Source: an uncultured delta proteobacterium
GTDB lineage: Bacteria > Desulfobacterota > Binatia > Binatales > Binataceae
Assembly (NCBI GenBank): GCA_963711565.1
Contig: CAVQEQ010000003.1
Span: forward strand, 1,344,001-1,408,000
Length of the DNA stretch: 64,000 nt
Reading direction: 5' to 3'
The position numbers and the translations under genes were made by a program. The notes beneath the pieces were generated by a model, which did not search any database, was not told where the DNA came from, and worked only from the letters and a program-made list of their open reading frames with translations. Positions 19,050-28,373 of this stretch are shown here, piece after piece; the first letter of the stretch is position 1, and every line of letters starts with the position of its first letter.

Positions 19050-19140
19050 CCCTCACCCGTGCACGACACGAGTGTCGCCGCACGACCTCTCCCGAAGGGA
19101 GAGGTAAGAGGAGGGATTCTTCGCTCCGCTCTGAATGACA
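19050..19140. repeat. Two stacked REP-like palindromic units of other classes
   Basis: CCCTCACCCG...CCTCTCCC-GAA-GGGAGAGG (19050-19104) and GGGATTCTTCGCTCCGCTCTGAATGACA (19113-19140); single copies in this window. Confidence 0.5.
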
Positions 19141-19144
19141 CGAA

Positions 19145-19222
19145 GATACCGGGTGCAGGGGTCACCCCCTGCCGAAGGAAGCGTGAAACCCACCGCGGGT
19201 TTCACATTCCATCAAGTGATTT
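19145..19222 (-). repeat. Two-hairpin repeat, copy 3
   Basis: Reverse complement nearly identical to copy 1. Confidence 0.85.
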
Positions 19223-19233
19223 TGCCATCGCCG

Positions 19234-19851
19234 TCATCTCGCGAATCTCTCGGTTGCGCGTTTGAGGATCGCGCGCATCGCGTCCAGGCTTTGCGCTCCC
19301 ACCAGCGGAAATTCGCCGATGAAAAACGTCGGCACGCCGCTGACTCCGCGCTGATTCGCCGCGAGGGAATTGTTCTTGAGCCGCATTTCGTACTTGGGCG
19401 ACTTTATCGCATCACTCACCTCGCCCGCGTCGAGTCCCGCGTCTGCCGCGAGCCGCGCGACGACCCTCGCGTCGCCGATATTCTCGCCGTCGTTGAAGTA
19501 CGCGCGGTAGATTCGCTCCTCGAGCGCCTCGTCGCGGCCCGACTCGCGCGCAAACTCAGTAGCGGCGAGCGCGGCACGCGAGTTGGTGAAGAGGCGCGGC
19601 GGCTTGATTTCAAATCCCACCACATCGGCCATCGCCACAATTCGATTCCACCTCGCCTGACGCGCAGCCGCGTCGCCCATCTCGCGCAGCTTGTCGGTCG
19701 GAATTCCTTCGGCGGGCCAGTCGGGATGAATCTGAAAGCCGCGCCATTCGAGCTGGAAATCGAACTCCGGCTTCAGCCTTCGAATCGTTTCGAAACCGAC
19801 GTAGCAGAACGGACAGATGTAGTCCGAGAACATCACGATTTTCAGCGCCAT
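19234..19851 (-). CDS. DsbA/FrnE-family oxidoreductase
   Basis: SDYICPFC (CxxC), GVSGVPTF, GAQ. Confidence 0.88.
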   Translation of the reverse strand: MALKIVMFSDYICPFCYVGFETIRRLKPEFDFQLEWRGFQIHPDWPAEGIPTDKLREMGDAAARQARWNRIVAMADVVGFEIKPPRLFTNSRAALAATEFARESGRDEALEERIYRAYFNDGENIGDARVVARLAADAGLDAGEVSDAIKSPKYEMRLKNNSLAANQRGVSGVPTFFIGEFPLVGAQSLDAMRAILKRATERFAR

Positions 19852-19974
19852 CGAATGACTCCCATTGCGCACAATATAGGACCGGCGCTTGAGGCTCGTC
19901 AAAAGCGTCGTTTTCCGCAACCTCAAAGCTATGTTATTGAGCTAGCAAGTGCGCTCGATTCTGATTGAGGTGAC

Positions 19975-20772
19975 GTGATGATTCTCGATTCCCTGAAGCT
20001 CGACGGCAAAGTCGCTATCATCACCGGCGGCGGCCGCGGTCTCGGCCGCGCGATGGCGGTGAAGCTCGCTGAGGCGGGCGCCGACATCGTCGCCGCCGCG
20101 CGCACGCAATCGCAGCTCGACGAGACCGCCGACGCCGTGAAGAAAACCGGGCGCAAATGCCTGATCGTGCCGACCAACGTCACCGTCTCCGCGCAGGTGA
20201 ATGCGTTGGCCGAGGCGACGCTCAAGGAGTTCGGCAAAATCGACATCCTCATCAACAATGCGGGCGGCGGCGACGGCACGCTCGGCAAGCAGCTCCCGGA
20301 AATCACCGACGAAGATTGGCGCCGCGGTATCGACACGAACCTCAGCAGCCAGTTCTACGGATGCCGCGCGGTGATTCCGCAGATGGTCAAGCAGAAGCGC
20401 GGCAAGATTATCAATATCGCGTCGGGCTACGGGCTGCGCGGCGGCAAGCACAACTTCATGTACACGTGCTCGAAGGGCGGGACGATCCAGTTGACGCGAT
20501 CGATGGCGCTGACTTACGCGCAGTTCAACATCCAGACCAATTGCATCGTGCCCGGAATTTTTCCGCACAACGAAGAGATGATGGTGTTTTTCAAGGGCGG
20601 AAAATTTATTCCGATTGGCCGCGTCGGCGACGACAGCGAGCTCGGCCCGCTCGCCGTGTTCCTCGCGTCGGATGCGTCCAATCACGTCACCGGCGAGCTG
20701 ATCGCAATCGATGGCGGCGGACTGGCGGGCGGGATCACGCCGACCGGAGTGTCGCCGGAGAGCTCGAACTAA
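19975..20772 (+). CDS. Short-chain dehydrogenase/reductase
   Basis: TGGGRGLG, NNAG, YTCSK. Confidence 0.9.
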   Translation: MMILDSLKLDGKVAIITGGGRGLGRAMAVKLAEAGADIVAAARTQSQLDETADAVKKTGRKCLIVPTNVTVSAQVNALAEATLKEFGKIDILINNAGGGDGTLGKQLPEITDEDWRRGIDTNLSSQFYGCRAVIPQMVKQKRGKIINIASGYGLRGGKHNFMYTCSKGGTIQLTRSMALTYAQFNIQTNCIVPGIFPHNEEMMVFFKGGKFIPIGRVGDDSELGPLAVFLASDASNHVTGELIAIDGGGLAGGITPTGVSPESSN

Positions 20773-20773
20773 A

Positions 20774-21559
20774 ATGGCAACGTCCAACTCATCGAATGAT
20801 TTCTCGCTCGAAGGCAAAGGCGCGCTGGTCGTCGGCGCCGAGCATGCAGTCGGGCGCGCGGCCGCCGTCACACTCGCCGAGGCCGGCGCAAAAATCGTCA
20901 TCGCATCGCAGGAACCTGGCACCGACAAGCAGTTGAAGGAAGTCGCCAAGCTGGTAACCGCTGCAGGAGCCAAGGCGGTCGTTCGCGTGCAGGACGCGGC
21001 GACGCGTGCCGACGTGTCCGCCACAGCGGATTTCGCGGCGAAAGAGCTCGGCGGATTGCACATCCTCGTCAACGCACTCGACACGCCCGCCTACGGACCG
21101 GCTGAAGCGAGCGACGACACCGCGTTCGACAAGATCATCGAGAACAATTTCAAGACGATCTGGATGTCGTGCCAGGAAGGTGCGCGTGTGATGCTCCGAC
21201 AGGGCGGCGGCGTTATCGTCAATATCACGTCGGTGCTGTCAGAGCGCGGCGTCCCCAACGCGGCGCTCTATTGCGCGGCGAAGGCCGCAGTCCTCAACCT
21301 GACGCGCGCGCTCGCGCTCGAATGGGCGCGCAAGGGAATCCGCGTCAACGCGATTCAGGCCGGATGGCTCGACGACGAATCGAGTCCGGCCAACAAGAAC
21401 GACGAGTTCAGCAAAACTCTACTCAAGTACCTGCCCGACAATCGTCTAGTGAAGCCCGAGGAACTCGGCGGCGCCCTGCTCTACCTGTGTTCGCCGGCAG
21501 CCGGCTTCGTAACGGGAGAATCGATCGCAGTGGATGGCGGCCTGCGCGCCCGCGTGTGA
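20774..21559 (+). CDS. Short-chain dehydrogenase/reductase with an atypical cofactor loop
   Basis: YCAAK, GIRVNAI, VDGG; N-terminal VGAEHAVG. Confidence 0.85.
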   Translation: MATSNSSNDFSLEGKGALVVGAEHAVGRAAAVTLAEAGAKIVIASQEPGTDKQLKEVAKLVTAAGAKAVVRVQDAATRADVSATADFAAKELGGLHILVNALDTPAYGPAEASDDTAFDKIIENNFKTIWMSCQEGARVMLRQGGGVIVNITSVLSERGVPNAALYCAAKAAVLNLTRALALEWARKGIRVNAIQAGWLDDESSPANKNDEFSKTLLKYLPDNRLVKPEELGGALLYLCSPAAGFVTGESIAVDGGLRARV

Positions 21560-21568
21560 ATCTTCGCG

Positions 21569-22348
21569 CTATCGCTCGGCGACGGTGAACATGTAATCGC
21601 CGCCGTCCCAGTCGAACCTGCGTATCACCTCATTGATGAGCCCCGACTCAACGTCGCCGGCGAGGCGCTCTACGCCGCGCGCGACTTCTTCCTGATCGGG
21701 AGCGTCGGCGAAACTTGAGATGCCGCTGCGGATGCGCGGGTCGAGGTACCGCTCGGGCCGATGCTTCCCGCAATAGAGAAAGAGGTCCTTGAGGTCGGCA
21801 GCAACGTCGTATTTTTCTTCGCACTCGATTCGGAACCCCGCTGACTTCAGCACGTCAACGGTGACGAATCGCTCGTACGGCGCTGTCGCCTTTTCCTTCA
21901 TCATTCGCGGAAAGTATTCGTTCAGCCAGCAATGCCGCATCTGCTCGGCCGTGCAGTTGAATATCACCAATCGCGCGTGAGGCTTGAGCACCCGATGAAC
22001 TTCCCTGAACGCCGCGACCGGGTCCGCCATATGATGATGCACGAAAGTGCAGGTCGCGCCGTCGAAGCTTCCCGCCGCGAACGGGATCGCCTCGGCGCGC
22101 GCGTTGTGCCACGCGATCGCCGGGCACTTCTCCTTCGCCCGCGCGAGCATCGTCGCCGACAGCTCGAGCCCCCGAATCGGCACGCCCGCCTGATGCATCG
22201 CGATCGTGTAATTCCCGGTCCCCGATCCAATATCGAGGTAACGGCCGTCGGCGCGCGGGCGCAGATGATGAATCAGTCGCGATAGCAGGTAAGGATCGGC
22301 CTGCCGCGTCGTGTCGTATCCCACACCGATCCGGTCGTAAAGCGCCAC
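21569..22348 (-). CDS. Class I SAM methyltransferase
   Basis: LDIGSGTGNY, AEAIPF, GISSF. Confidence 0.85.
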   Translation of the reverse strand: MALYDRIGVGYDTTRQADPYLLSRLIHHLRPRADGRYLDIGSGTGNYTIAMHQAGVPIRGLELSATMLARAKEKCPAIAWHNARAEAIPFAAGSFDGATCTFVHHHMADPVAAFREVHRVLKPHARLVIFNCTAEQMRHCWLNEYFPRMMKEKATAPYERFVTVDVLKSAGFRIECEEKYDVAADLKDLFLYCGKHRPERYLDPRIRSGISSFADAPDQEEVARGVERLAGDVESGLINEVIRRFDWDGGDYMFTVAER

Positions 22349-22783
22349 CTACATCTGCTCTCCGCCGACGGTCAGGACGAGTGCGCTCTCCTCGACCGCC
22401 TCGACCGAATGCTCGATTGCGCGATCCAGCGCGATCAGCATCCCCGCCGTCGCGACCTGCGACTTGCCCATCGCGACAAAATTGATCTTGCCTTCGATCA
22501 CCTGCACCGTGATCGGCGCGCGCGTGTGATGCTCCTGCATCTTCGCGCCCTTCTTCAGCATCATCAGCGCGACGTTGATCCCGTCGCCCTTGACCAGCGA
22601 GCTGCCGTGCCGATCGTTCTCCGCCCATGCACGCTCGCTCCTGAGCCGTGCAATCTCGGCCTTGATATCGACCGCGACCTGCCCGCCCTGCGCCAGAAAA
22701 TTCTCCTGATGAGGATGTCTTGCCTGATGCTTCGCCTGATCGGCCTGTCGCGCGCGATCGGAATCGTTAATTTTTTCCGCCAT
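22349..22783 (-). CDS. Cupin domain protein
   Basis: EHHTRAPITVQVIEG, EHSVEAVEES. Confidence 0.8.
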   Translation of the reverse strand: MAEKINDSDRARQADQAKHQARHPHQENFLAQGGQVAVDIKAEIARLRSERAWAENDRHGSSLVKGDGINVALMMLKKGAKMQEHHTRAPITVQVIEGKINFVAMGKSQVATAGMLIALDRAIEHSVEAVEESALVLTVGGEQM

Positions 22784-22836
22784 GGAGTCCTCCGCTACGA
22801 CCCATTCTTTCGCCACCCGCAAATCTACGCAAACAC

Positions 22837-22943
22837 AATCACCTGCGCGGTGGGCGGCAGGGCCGAGCCCTGCACCCAGTGTCCATTGCAATGGATACTG
22901 GGTTGCAAGGGGTCACCCCTTGCCGCCCACCGCGCAGGTGATT
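22837..22943. repeat. Inverted doublet of the two-hairpin family (REPIN/MITE-like)
   Basis: Terminal inverted repeats AATCACCTGCGCGGTGGGCGGCA; each arm carries hairpin 2 plus ACCCAGT; centre CCATTGCAATGG. Confidence 0.8.
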
Positions 22944-22956
22944 CATCATCTCCGGC

Positions 22957-23724
22957 ATGAGTAAGTCCGTCTCTCCACCAGCCAACCAGATCATCGAATA
23001 CTCGAACTTCGCGTCAGTCGTCACCGGCGAGGGCGACTGGATGCCCGCAGGATTCCCGCTGCCGGACGGCGGCTTCTGGCAGTATCGCGAGCCCGACGCC
23101 GTCGTGATCGTGCAGGACGGTTTTCTGCGCGTCGCCGCGGTGCCCTACACGCGCGGCCACGACAAGATCCAGTTCCTCGACAACGCCAAGCACATGTACT
23201 TCAGCACCCGCACGTTCGCATGCCCCGACGGTGGCACGATCGCATTTTCGATCGACCTTGCCGCGACCATCATCGACGGCGCGCCCGGCGATCTCTACGA
23301 CGGTTTCGTTTCGTTCAACGTGCTCGATTTCTCGACCGGCGCCGCGCTCGATTTTTTCGTCGGCAACGAGACGATCGCGACGGTGTACGGCAAACTGCCG
23401 TTCCCCGGCGTGCCGATTGTCGATCCCGCGCACGGCCCGCGCCACTTCTGCCTGTTCGAGGAGATTCGCGACGCGACCGCGGCCGGCCGGCTCCATCATT
23501 TTGAAATCGCGTACGACTCCGCCGCCGACCGCGTGAGCTTCTCGGTTGACGGCAAGCAGATCCGCCAATATTCGAACGTCCCGTTCAAGCTCGGGCCGTG
23601 CACGCTCGCGCTCGGCCTGATGAGCGAAAAAGATATCGCGCCCGGCAAGGGCAGCGTCTCATGCCACGGCCAGGGCGCGGTCGGCAAATGGGGCAACATC
23701 CGAATTGCCACGATCGCGCGCTAG
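22957..23724 (+). CDS. DUF6081-like all-beta protein
   Basis: WQYREPDA, LDNAKHMYFST; beta-rich; family from recall. Confidence 0.6.
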   Translation: MSKSVSPPANQIIEYSNFASVVTGEGDWMPAGFPLPDGGFWQYREPDAVVIVQDGFLRVAAVPYTRGHDKIQFLDNAKHMYFSTRTFACPDGGTIAFSIDLAATIIDGAPGDLYDGFVSFNVLDFSTGAALDFFVGNETIATVYGKLPFPGVPIVDPAHGPRHFCLFEEIRDATAAGRLHHFEIAYDSAADRVSFSVDGKQIRQYSNVPFKLGPCTLALGLMSEKDIAPGKGSVSCHGQGAVGKWGNIRIATIAR

Positions 23725-23760
23725 GCGCGGGGAGCACGATCGACAGCGCACTAATGCTGC

Positions 23761-24228
23761 GTGGAGTCTGAAAAAATGGAGTTCGCAGGTTTCGGGCATA
23801 TCACCTTGACCGTCAGCAACTACGAAGCTTGCCTGAAGTTTTACGATCGCCTGATGACGCACATCGGAATGCGCCGTTACTTCGAGTCACCGCTCGGCGT
23901 CGGATGGTACGCGGACGAGTACATGTTCGTGATGGGACATGCGGCGCCGGCGGGCGATCGATTCTCGCAATGGCGCACGGGGCTGCATCACCTGTCGTTC
24001 CGCGCGCGCAGCCGCGAGGAAGTGGATTCGTGCTACGCGATGCTCCTGGAAATCGGCGCGAAGATCATCTTCCCCGCCGAGCCCGGCCCGTTCTGGCCCG
24101 GTTACTATTCAGTGGTCTTCGAAGACCCCGACGGCACAAGGTTGGAGATGAACTACATCCCGCCCGAGGGTTGGAAGGCAGTCGGCCGCGCAGCGGACGC
24201 GATTGCGAAGGCCAAATCTCCATTGTGA
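23761..24228 (+). CDS. VOC/glyoxalase family protein
   Basis: GHITLTV, GLHHLSFRA, YYSVVFEDPDG.RLE. Confidence 0.88.
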   Translation: MESEKMEFAGFGHITLTVSNYEACLKFYDRLMTHIGMRRYFESPLGVGWYADEYMFVMGHAAPAGDRFSQWRTGLHHLSFRARSREEVDSCYAMLLEIGAKIIFPAEPGPFWPGYYSVVFEDPDGTRLEMNYIPPEGWKAVGRAADAIAKAKSPL

Positions 24229-25502
24229 AATTCAGCCGTCGCGCGCAACTCGCCGCCGTCGTGATGCTCGCGTTTGTCCTTCGCGCAATGTGGCTGTTGC
24301 GTTCCGGCTCCGATTGGGCCGTGGGCGCCGACTCGCATCTGTATCTCGCGCTCGCTCGTGGGCTCAAAGCCGGCTGCGGCTTCGCGCCGTATATCGAGCG
24401 CTGCGGCCCTCCGGAGGTGATGCGCACGCCAGGGTATCCAGTCTTTCTGGTTTCTCTTCTCACTCATCTTCGTTTCGCGATCCTCGTACAAGCCGCGCTA
24501 GGCGCGCTGGTATGCTTCATCGTCGCTAATTTTGCCGGACGCCGCGCCAGTCCAGTCGCTGGAATTCTCGCGGCGGCGATCGTCGCCGTCGACGTGCCGA
24601 CGATCCTGAATAGCAAGGAACTGATCACCGAGGCGCTTTTCCAGGCGGTGTTGACGCCCGCGATCTTCGCCGCGATCGCAGGCAGTCCGTTCGTTGCCGG
24701 CGCGACGCTCGGCATTGCCGTCCTGATTCGTCCGGTCGCGGTGGTGCTCGTTCCGCTCGTGGCGATCCCATTTATCGCGAAACGAAGTTGGCGCGAAGCG
24801 GTTACCGCTCTGTTGTTACCGATTTTGATCATCGGTGCGTGGGCGGTTCGCAACGAGCGCGTGGCCGGCGTCTTTACCTTGACCGTCGAAGGTCCGATGA
24901 ATCTCTATATGTACACGGCGCCTGCGGTTATCGCGCGTCATGATCGAGTGCCGCTTGAAAATGTCGAGCTTGCGTTCGCCCGCGATGCCGCAGTGCAGGT
25001 TCCCGCGCGACAAATCCCTGCCGATGCTGAATTCGGGCAGCTCTACGGCTCCAACCCGACTATCGCAGCGCTCGAAAACGATCCTGCACTTTCAAATTTC
25101 ATGCTGTCGAGGTCGGTCGCGGTAATTCTCGCGCATCCAATCGACTTCGCGATCAACACGCTCGCAGGATTCATCAGACTTGCGATTGAGCCGTACAGGC
25201 TGGAAACGGGTTGGCAGGGATTGATCGCAATCCCTCGCGCATTGGCGACGATTCAATTTGCCGCGACCGCTTTCCAGTGCGTCGTACTCGCCGTGATGTG
25301 GATTGGGGTATTTCGCACACTATGGCGTCGCCCGCGAGATTGGGAGCAATGGATACTGCTCGGCGCGGCGCTGATGTTGATTCTCCCGCCCTCGGTCTTC
25401 GGGGACGCGATCTCGATGCGATTTCGCTCGCCGGCAATTCCATTCCTCGCCGTGCTCGCCGGCATCGGCTGGTTTCCCGCAGCCGGTTCCGGCATTCGTT
25501 GA
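24225..25502 (+). CDS. Polytopic membrane protein, GT-C (PMT/ArnT-like) glycosyltransferase
   Basis: DSHLY, RTPGYP, ITEALF, IRP; many TM segments. Confidence 0.65.
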   Translation: MKFSRRAQLAAVVMLAFVLRAMWLLRSGSDWAVGADSHLYLALARGLKAGCGFAPYIERCGPPEVMRTPGYPVFLVSLLTHLRFAILVQAALGALVCFIVANFAGRRASPVAGILAAAIVAVDVPTILNSKELITEALFQAVLTPAIFAAIAGSPFVAGATLGIAVLIRPVAVVLVPLVAIPFIAKRSWREAVTALLLPILIIGAWAVRNERVAGVFTLTVEGPMNLYMYTAPAVIARHDRVPLENVELAFARDAAVQVPARQIPADAEFGQLYGSNPTIAALENDPALSNFMLSRSVAVILAHPIDFAINTLAGFIRLAIEPYRLETGWQGLIAIPRALATIQFAATAFQCVVLAVMWIGVFRTLWRRPRDWEQWILLGAALMLILPPSVFGDAISMRFRSPAIPFLAVLAGIGWFPAAGSGIR

Positions 25503-25604
25503 TCAGTCGAACAGCGAAAAGGTCCGTGCCGACGACGCGGGCGCGACGGATCCAAATTACGGCGCATTTTGCGAAACAGGGGCTATTTCCCGGGATCCAA
25601 AGGC

Positions 25605-25626
25605 AAACGTTTCACGTGAAACGTTT
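25605..25626. promoter_or_regulatory. parS-like perfect palindrome
   Basis: AAA-CGTTTCACGTGAAACG-TTT; core matches TGTTTCACGTGAAACA at 14/16; intergenic. Confidence 0.65.
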
Positions 25627-25662
25627 TTTAGTTCAGGAGAACGAAACGCGAATTGGCGAGGG

Positions 25663-26448
25663 TCACTTCACGCCGGGGAAGCTTAGGGTGAAGCCGCCAT
25701 CGACCATGATTGTTTGCGCGGTCAGGTAGCTGGCGGCGGGGAGACAGAGCAGGCAGGCGACTGCCGCGATCTCGTCTAGCGTCGGCAGGCGCTTCAGGGC
25801 GGAGCGTTCGGCGCATCGGCGCTGGAAATCTTCGTAATTGTCGCCCAGGTAGTTCGCGTAAAAGCGCGCCGAGTCGGTGTCGATGTAGCCGACGTTGAGG
25901 CCGTTGACGGTGATGCCGTGCGGGCCGAGCTCGAAGGCGAAGTCGCGCACCATGCTCTCGAGCGCGGCCTTCGCGGCGCCAAGCACGCCGTGGCCCGGCA
26001 GGTTGCGAATCGAGTCGATGCCGGAGATCATCAGGACGCGCCCGCCGTCGCGCATCACCTTGTTGGCTTCCTGGACGGCGGCGACGAAGCCGTTGACGCT
26101 CAGCGCAAAAGTTCGCGCGAGATTGTGCGGCTTGATTTCGAGCAGCGGCTTGAACGCGGTCGCGGCGGCGTTGGCGATTAAAATGTCGAGCCCGCCCAGC
26201 TCCGAGGCGGCGCGCGTGACCATCGCACGCACCTGCGCTTCATCTTCGAGATCGGCCTTGATGAGAATCGAGCGCGGCGCTATTGCGCGCACGTCGGCGA
26301 GCGTTTTCTGGGCGCTCGCTTCGTCGCGGCGATAGTTCATCGCAACCGTCGCGCCGAGGCGCGCCAGTCCGACTGCGATCGCACGGCCGAGGCCGCGCGT
26401 GCCGCCGGTCACAATCGCAATTTTTCCGTCGAGGTCGTGGTCGCCCAT
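25663..26448 (-). CDS. SDR, FabL-like enoyl-ACP reductase
   Basis: TGGTRGLG, ANAAATAFKPLLE, GAAKAALES. Confidence 0.8.
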   Translation of the reverse strand: MGDHDLDGKIAIVTGGTRGLGRAIAVGLARLGATVAMNYRRDEASAQKTLADVRAIAPRSILIKADLEDEAQVRAMVTRAASELGGLDILIANAAATAFKPLLEIKPHNLARTFALSVNGFVAAVQEANKVMRDGGRVLMISGIDSIRNLPGHGVLGAAKAALESMVRDFAFELGPHGITVNGLNVGYIDTDSARFYANYLGDNYEDFQRRCAERSALKRLPTLDEIAAVACLLCLPAASYLTAQTIMVDGGFTLSFPGVK

Positions 26449-26453
26449 CAGTC

Positions 26454-28373
26454 TTACGAATTCAGATTTGCATAAAGGATTTTGCGAATGTCTTTGGCGA
26501 GCGAGGCGCCGTCGGCTCGCAGCTTGCGCGTGTTGAAGCCCTTCAGCTCGACGCTCACCGTCAGCTCGGCGTCGGAGATGTCGGCGGGCGTTGCGAATGC
26601 GACGCGGCCGCTCTCGGGCGTGCGCGTTTCCGCGATGACAGCATCGCCGCGGCCGTGGATCGTTACGCGCGCGCCGGCGAGCGGCGGATGTTCGCCGTCG
26701 GGCAGCGCGTCGTTGTCCAGCACGGTCACGCGGATGCTGCGCAGGTCGCGCGCGCGCTCGACCTCGACGCGCAGGTCACGCAGGTAGATCATCGGCTCGG
26801 CAAACACGCCCTGGATTCCCGCGCGCTCCGGCTCGCGCGCCGGATTTGCCTTCAGCTCGACGCGCTGCGCCGCCATCCCATGGTCGGAGGTGACGACGAA
26901 CAGCGTCGATTCGAGCAGGACGCGCGCGCGGAACAAGTCGAGCACCGCGCCGATGCGCTTGTCGGTGCGATACAGCGCCTCGCGCTGGCCCTCGTGATGC
27001 GGGCCGTAGTCGTGGCCGGCGCCGTCGGTAAGCACGAACTCGTGCGCGACGAAGACGGGCGCGTCGCCGCTGCAATGCTCGAACAGGGTGATAAGTTGCG
27101 CCATGCCGCGGATGTCCACGACCTCTTCGCGCGTCATCCCAGGCATGTTGTCCGCGGCCCATCGCGGGCTCACGTCGGAGATCATGTCTGCCGTGAGCGC
27201 CTTAAGGCGCGCCTTGTCGCCGACGATACGCCGCTCGAACGCCGCGTGATCGGCGCCGCGTCCCTGCGGTTCGTGAATAGACGCAGTGATCGTCCCTGCG
27301 CCACCCGCGCGCTGGAAGGCCTCGTAGAGCGTCTCGACGTCGTGATTCAGATAGCGCTCGCCCTCGAAGACGTTGCCCTGAATCGGCACGGTCTCGCGAT
27401 GCTCGCGCAGGTGGAAGGTGGGATTGACGACGTCGTGATGCCCGCACCACGCGCCGGTCAGAATCGTCGAATGGCTGGGCCAGGTGATGCTGGGGAAGTT
27501 AACGATCGAGCCGTGCGAGAGCATCGCGCCGCGCTCGACGAGACCGGCGAGATTCGGAATCGCGCCCGGATTATTCTCGAGCTGATGACGCAGTTCCGAA
27601 TGCGACTGGCCGTCGAGCAGAATCATGTACACGTGCCGCGGGCGTCCCGCATTGTCGTCGATTATTTCGTCGAGCGGCTGCCCGTCCTGGCGCTTCAGAT
27701 AAACTTCAGCGGGCGCGCCTGACGCGTCGAGGCCGGCGATCTTCGGAAGTCCCGCGATGCGCGCGATTGTCGGCGCGACGTCAACCTGGCGCGCGTTCAG
27801 CTTGAAGAGCCCACGGCGGACACCGGGGCCGCTGAATATCAGCGGCGCGCGGCACTGTACGATGTCGAGCGCGCCGTGCTGTCCCGGCTGGATGCCGTAG
27901 GCATAAGCCTTGGGGCTGACGACCACGTCGGGCGCGCGCGGACTGTCGAAGAGTTGTGCGATTCGCTCGTACGCATACGGATGGCTGAGCACGCGGGGCT
28001 CGAAGTATGCGCGATTGGGATCGTCGGTGCGATTGCCGCTGCGTGCGGCGGCGTCGAGCTCGTCGGCGATGGTCGAGACGATGAACGGGTCCTGATTGGC
28101 GATCGGATTCTCGCCGATCTGCTCGACGACTTCGAACGACAGCGCGCCGCGTGCGTCGGCAAAGCGCTTGAATCGAATCATCCCGCGCCGCGACCAAACT
28201 TCGTAGGCGTCGTCGCGCCACGTGATCGCGAGATCGGCGTAATCGGCGGCCGGGGTCTCGGCGAGCAGCGCGAGGATGGTCGCGTCGCCGGAATCGTACT
28301 GATGCGGATCGAGTCCCTGGCCACCGCGGCGTTCAGGGCCGTGTTCGCGCATATTGTCTGATTCGCGATTCAT
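26454..28373 (-). CDS. Alkaline phosphatase superfamily (NPP/phosphodiesterase-like) protein
   Basis: LLDG, FPSITWPSH, DGAGH, SDHG, GQHG, DVAPTI. Confidence 0.8.
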   Translation of the reverse strand: MNRESDNMREHGPERRGGQGLDPHQYDSGDATILALLAETPAADYADLAITWRDDAYEVWSRRGMIRFKRFADARGALSFEVVEQIGENPIANQDPFIVSTIADELDAAARSGNRTDDPNRAYFEPRVLSHPYAYERIAQLFDSPRAPDVVVSPKAYAYGIQPGQHGALDIVQCRAPLIFSGPGVRRGLFKLNARQVDVAPTIARIAGLPKIAGLDASGAPAEVYLKRQDGQPLDEIIDDNAGRPRHVYMILLDGQSHSELRHQLENNPGAIPNLAGLVERGAMLSHGSIVNFPSITWPSHSTILTGAWCGHHDVVNPTFHLREHRETVPIQGNVFEGERYLNHDVETLYEAFQRAGGAGTITASIHEPQGRGADHAAFERRIVGDKARLKALTADMISDVSPRWAADNMPGMTREEVVDIRGMAQLITLFEHCSGDAPVFVAHEFVLTDGAGHDYGPHHEGQREALYRTDKRIGAVLDLFRARVLLESTLFVVTSDHGMAAQRVELKANPAREPERAGIQGVFAEPMIYLRDLRVEVERARDLRSIRVTVLDNDALPDGEHPPLAGARVTIHGRGDAVIAETRTPESGRVAFATPADISDAELTVSVELKGFNTRKLRADGASLAKDIRKILYANLNS

